Of a stretch of DNA of 29,545 nt, positions 25,856-29,545 are shown piece by piece. The notes under the pieces are model-generated. The model searched no databases, was not told the origin of the DNA, and saw only the letters and a list, made by a program, of their open reading frames with translations. Position 1 is the first letter of the stretch, and each line of letters begins with the position of its first letter. Position numbers and translations under genes: made by a program. The stretch covers positions 1-29,545 of the IMG/VR virus record IMGVR_UViG_3300032312_001032; one strand, given 5' to 3'. The stretch comes from a virus. Taxonomy: Duplodnaviria; Caudoviricetes.

Positions 25856-26830
25856 ATGACTGCGTTCAAACAACTACTAGCATCCGACATTATAGTCACT
25901 CCATTTGAGGTGAATAAAGCCTTCCGGTTTATCGGAGCGGCTGAACTCACTGGATCTACTGTTGGCATTGATAGATTTTTAGGACAAAACATTCAAGGTC
26001 TTTTTAGTTTAAATGAAGCTACAACAGGGCAGATAGCCACAGAATATAAAAGACTTATTTATAATTCTGCTAAGGAGCTTTACTATTCAAATTATTTAAG
26101 TTCAAGTTACGGAGATCCTGTATCAGTCCCCTACATAGTACCTGGTTCAGATCCAAGCGGAAACGTTTTAGTAGGACCAGCAAGTTCTACCGGCAGGTTT
26201 GAAAACTACTTACAGACAACTTTAGCATATGAGAGATACTTCCCAACTGCTTCTAATGCAATTGTAGGAATTATTTCAATACCGACTAAGTTATACGGAG
26301 ATATAATTCAACCAGGCTCTTTCGTTATTTCAGCTGAATCTGGAAGTATTACCGACGATGGGAACGGTAATTTATACTTTACTTTAGATGGAGAGTATTG
26401 CGGTAATATAATTTACCAACACGGACTAGCAATTATAACCAAAGACAATGCAGCAGGCGGTCCATACTACGGTAGTGCAGTTTACGGAACAGATGTTTAC
26501 GGAGCAGGTCCAAACCCATTCTTAGAGAATATCATAACATCTGCTAACGTTACTTGCTCATTTAGCAGTTCATTTACAATCTTTGAAACTCAATACAAAT
26601 GTACGTTTGATCCTTCAGAATTTAATTTCTCATTGAACCCGTCTCTAATCTCAGGATCAACAGAAGGAATAATTTATAATTTTGCAACAGGATCTTACTT
26701 TAATCCTTATGTTACGACAGTAGGGCTATACAATGAAGCTCAAGACCTAATTGCAGTTGGTAAGTTAGCAAAACCATTACCAAGTAATAATACAACCGAT
26801 ACAACAATTTTAATTAACATCGATAGATAA
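25856..26830 (+). CDS. baseplate structural protein, paralogue B
   Basis: C-terminal EFNFSLNP...YVTTVGLYNE..DLIAVGKLAKP. Confidence 0.7.
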   Translation: MTAFKQLLASDIIVTPFEVNKAFRFIGAAELTGSTVGIDRFLGQNIQGLFSLNEATTGQIATEYKRLIYNSAKELYYSNYLSSSYGDPVSVPYIVPGSDPSGNVLVGPASSTGRFENYLQTTLAYERYFPTASNAIVGIISIPTKLYGDIIQPGSFVISAESGSITDDGNGNLYFTLDGEYCGNIIYQHGLAIITKDNAAGGPYYGSAVYGTDVYGAGPNPFLENIITSANVTCSFSSSFTIFETQYKCTFDPSEFNFSLNPSLISGSTEGIIYNFATGSYFNPYVTTVGLYNEAQDLIAVGKLAKPLPSNNTTDTTILINIDR

Positions 26831-26835
26831 AATTT

Positions 26836-27285
26836 ATGCCTAATTGGTTTTACGAAAATAAAGAAGTTACAGAAGAATATCAATTTGAAGACAAAGCAGT
26901 CGGATTTGTTTATATGATAACAAATATTGAGACTGGTAAGTTTTATATTGGTAGGAAAATATTCACTAATACCCTAACCAAAAAGCTGACAAAGAAAGAG
27001 ATTTCTGAACAGTCCGGTCCCGGAAGAAAGCCTACTAAGAAAAAAGTAAGTAAAGAATCTAACTGGAGGGAGTATTGGGGTTCTTGTAAGCCGTTACTTG
27101 CCGAAGTAAAGGAGATTGGAGAAGATAAGTTTAAAAGAGAGATTTTAAAGTTGTGTTTCTCTAAAAAACAATTAACTTATTATGAAATTGCTTATCAATG
27201 TAAATATGACGTACTGGAAACAAATTCATACAACGACAACATTATGTCCAGAATTTTCCGAAAAGACTTGCTTTTACCCGATTAA
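26836..27285 (+). CDS. GIY-YIG endonuclease, Seg-like catalytic domain only
   Basis: GFVYMITN...FYIGRK...YWGS...FKREIL...E...YN. Confidence 0.88.
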   Translation: MPNWFYENKEVTEEYQFEDKAVGFVYMITNIETGKFYIGRKIFTNTLTKKLTKKEISEQSGPGRKPTKKKVSKESNWREYWGSCKPLLAEVKEIGEDKFKREILKLCFSKKQLTYYEIAYQCKYDVLETNSYNDNIMSRIFRKDLLLPD

Positions 27286-27298
27286 AATCGTATATTTG
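27268..27298 (+). promoter_or_regulatory. canonical Bacteroidota promoter TTG-N20-TATATTTG
   Basis: exact TAnnTTTG at 27291, upstream of primase. Confidence 0.8.
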
Positions 27299-27302
27299 AT
27301 TA

Positions 27303-28229
27303 ATGGTAAATCATCTACTAGTAAGTCTAGTAAATAGTGTAATCGGGGCAGGTAAGCCAACGTCTGGAGATAATTACTCCTACACGTGTCCTTTCTGTAA
27401 TCACTACAAACCTAAATTAGAGATTAACTTCAAAGAGAATGAGGAAGGTATTCATCATTGGCACTGCTGGGTTTGTAATAAGAAGGGTAAGAAGTTAGTT
27501 AGTCTATTTAAAGCAATATCTGCCCCGGACCATAAAGTTCAAGAGCTTAAGAATTACGTTAAGATCTCTTACCAAGAAGAGCATGGAGTTAAAGTAGAAG
27601 CTCTAGCCTTACCTAAAGAATATAAACCTCTACATGATGCTAATACTTCAGAAGTTACTGTACGTCAGGCATTACGTTACTTAAAAGAAAGAGGAATCAA
27701 CTCAACAGATATTAAAAGATACAATTTAGGATACTGTGAATCAGGTCGATACAAGGATATGATTATCATTCCAAGCTATGATGAGAATAGTACCTTAAAT
27801 TACTTTGTAGGACGTAACTTCGGTCCCGGTGATATAAAGTATAAGAATCCTCAAGCATCTAAGAATATTGTTCCATTCGAACTAACTATTAACTGGGATA
27901 GTCCAATCGTACTCTGTGAAGGTACTTTTGATGCAATGGCAATCAAACGTAATGCAATTCCATTATTAGGAAAGATTTTACCTGAAAAGCTTATGAAGAA
28001 GATTGTATCTTCTAATGTTAAGCAGGTTTTTATTGCATTAGATAATGACGCATTAAAGCAGGCAATTAACTATTGTGAAACCTTATTAAACCACGGAAAA
28101 GAAGTATTCTTAGTAGACTTAGATCAAAAAGATCCCTCTGAGTTAGGTTTTACCGAATTTACTAAATTATTACATAAAAGCACTCCTCTAACATTCAGAA
28201 CGTTAATGGAGAAAAAATTTCAACTATGA
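27303..28229 (+). CDS. DNA primase (zinc ribbon + TOPRIM)
   Basis: CPFC...HCWVC; CEGTFDA; ALDND. Confidence 0.92.
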   Translation: MVNHLLVSLVNSVIGAGKPTSGDNYSYTCPFCNHYKPKLEINFKENEEGIHHWHCWVCNKKGKKLVSLFKAISAPDHKVQELKNYVKISYQEEHGVKVEALALPKEYKPLHDANTSEVTVRQALRYLKERGINSTDIKRYNLGYCESGRYKDMIIIPSYDENSTLNYFVGRNFGPGDIKYKNPQASKNIVPFELTINWDSPIVLCEGTFDAMAIKRNAIPLLGKILPEKLMKKIVSSNVKQVFIALDNDALKQAINYCETLLNHGKEVFLVDLDQKDPSELGFTEFTKLLHKSTPLTFRTLMEKKFQL

Positions 28230-29017
28230 TAGAAAAAAACGAAAGCGTTCACAGCAAACGAGTTAAGCGATTAATACATCCAGATTCAACTGCCCGTCAA
28301 ATCACCCTCCAAGACTCTAGATTCTATCAGAGAAAAGAAGGAGTCTTTTATCCTTCAGTAACTACCGTACTGTCTTATTACCCGAAAGACAAGTTCTTTG
28401 AAACTTGGCTGAAAGAAGTAGGTACTAACGCAGATATTATTATGCGTAGAGCCGGTGAAGAAGGAACTCAAGTTCATACAGCCATTGAAGCTTATTTGAA
28501 GGGAGAGGAAGTAAGCTGGTTAAATGAATGGGGCTCTACTAAGTATAGCTTAAAAGTATGGCAGATGATCTTAAAATTCGTTGAATTCTGGGAAACTTAT
28601 AAACCAACCCTGATTGAATCAGAAGTTCATATCTTCTCTGATGAATTAGAGATTGCCGGCACTTTAGATTTAGTAGTTGAGATGGAAGGTGAATTGTGGT
28701 TGTTAGATATTAAGACTTCAAACTTTCTTCATGATTCATATGACCTACAGCTTGCATGCTATGAACAGGGCTGGAACGAATGTTTTGAAAGACCTATCGA
28801 CAGACGCGGTATTATCTGGCTAAAAGCCATGACTAGAGGAGAAAGTAAGAAAGAAGGTAAAATGCAAGGTAAAGGATGGGAAATTAAAGAACCTGCTGAA
28901 TCTTTCGAAGAAAATAAGAGAATCTTCAAACACCTCTACGAAATTTATAAAATCAAAAGACCGGACGTAAAACCTGTTACTGAAATATTACCCACCAGCA
29001 TCAAACTGAAAGGGTGA
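28226..29017 (+). CDS. PD-(D/E)XK exonuclease
   Basis: YPSVTTVL, GT.VH, AGTLD, DIKTS, QLACY. Confidence 0.9.
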   Translation: MIEKNESVHSKRVKRLIHPDSTARQITLQDSRFYQRKEGVFYPSVTTVLSYYPKDKFFETWLKEVGTNADIIMRRAGEEGTQVHTAIEAYLKGEEVSWLNEWGSTKYSLKVWQMILKFVEFWETYKPTLIESEVHIFSDELEIAGTLDLVVEMEGELWLLDIKTSNFLHDSYDLQLACYEQGWNECFERPIDRRGIIWLKAMTRGESKKEGKMQGKGWEIKEPAESFEENKRIFKHLYEIYKIKRPDVKPVTEILPTSIKLKG

Positions 29018-29029
29018 TATTTATAACAT

Positions 29030-29545
29030 ATGATCAAGCTCACCTCCCTTCTAAGGCAAGTTTTATCTGAAGGCGGTAACGTCTTTGGAACTACTGCATC
29101 AATCAGAAAGGAAAATATTGAATCTACTTTAGAAAAGTTTTCTGAATCTTTAGGTAGAATATTTCCTAAAAAAGCATCTACTTTCAAAGCATTTGAAAAG
29201 TTAGGCTCAGCCGGCAAAAAAGATATCTCCGGCGATATCGATTTATCATACCCGGCAGAGAATCTAATTAAAGATGGTAAACCTGATTTAGAAGGATGGG
29301 GTTTAGACCCTCAAGAATTTCAACAGAGATTCGATATTATTAGAAAAAAATCAAGAACTGCAACAGAAGCTCAATCAACGATGAGAGCAATGTTGGAAAT
29401 GATTGCTAATAAGATTAACGAAAGCTCTGAAGAGATGGAGGCAGATCCAAAAGGAGCAGGTGGAGGATCAATCTTCTGTGCTTACCCTCAATACAACGAA
29501 GCAGGAGAAAAGTTAAATGATACTGCTCAAATTGATATTAACGTA
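29030..29545 (+). CDS. Pol-beta-superfamily nucleotidyltransferase, 3'-truncated, not in ORF track
   Basis: MIKLTSLLRQVLSEGGNVF...LGSAGKKDISGDIDL...QIDINV; frame open to the window end; late motif at 29018. Confidence 0.8.
   Translation, partial: MIKLTSLLRQVLSEGGNVFGTTASIRKENIESTLEKFSESLGRIFPKKASTFKAFEKLGSAGKKDISGDIDLSYPAENLIKDGKPDLEGWGLDPQEFQQRFDIIRKKSRTATEAQSTMRAMLEMIANKINESSEEMEADPKGAGGGSIFCAYPQYNEAGEKLNDTAQIDINV

Noticed and set aside
11300-26800. Apparent shift from G/T-rich to A/C-rich sense strand as a replication landmark
   Set aside because: Not quantified and confounded by Thr/Asn/Ser-rich structural proteins; needs third-position skew on the full genome
28226-29017. Cas4
   Set aside because: Lacks the four-Cys Fe-S cluster; an ordinary phage exonuclease beside primase
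148-29217. All other minus-strand ORFs in the track, and 12295+
   Set aside because: They are antisense or out of frame to well-supported + strand genes and have no recognisable motifs

Overview
A 29.5-kb, AT-rich segment of a large T4-like contractile-tailed dsDNA phage, with every credible gene on the + strand and read in the standard genetic code. The host is probably a Bacteroidota bacterium, inferred from TTG-N20-TAnnTT promoters, a GTTCTTTGAC boxA-like site and few Shine-Dalgarno sites. From left to right: small early genes with fused terminator/promoter units; a phased-repeat, AT-rich non-coding block; a T5orf172-type GIY-YIG gene; and a cluster of 9 tRNAs. That cluster also holds three unexplained structured RNAs, a small lipoprotein, a membrane protein and a free-standing HNH endonuclease. 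Next come a CBM-like fibre gene, putative internal head proteins, an HD hydrolase, a gp55-like late sigma factor, a baseplate module (gp5-, gp25-, gp6- and gp7-like), a Seg-like GIY-YIG, primase, a PD-(D/E)XK exonuclease and a truncated Pol-beta-type nucleotidyltransferase. The most unusual signals are at the RNA level. They are tRNA-mimic ncRNAs, a repeated 28-nt 3'-UTR element antisense to an early-gene leader, a 15-bp stem looping an ORF out of the tRNA precursor, a late motif TATTTATA (reverse complement of the T4 late promoter) with near-leaderless starts, and an ArfA-like peptide beside the tRNAs. All calls come from manual reading; no searches or folding programs were run.
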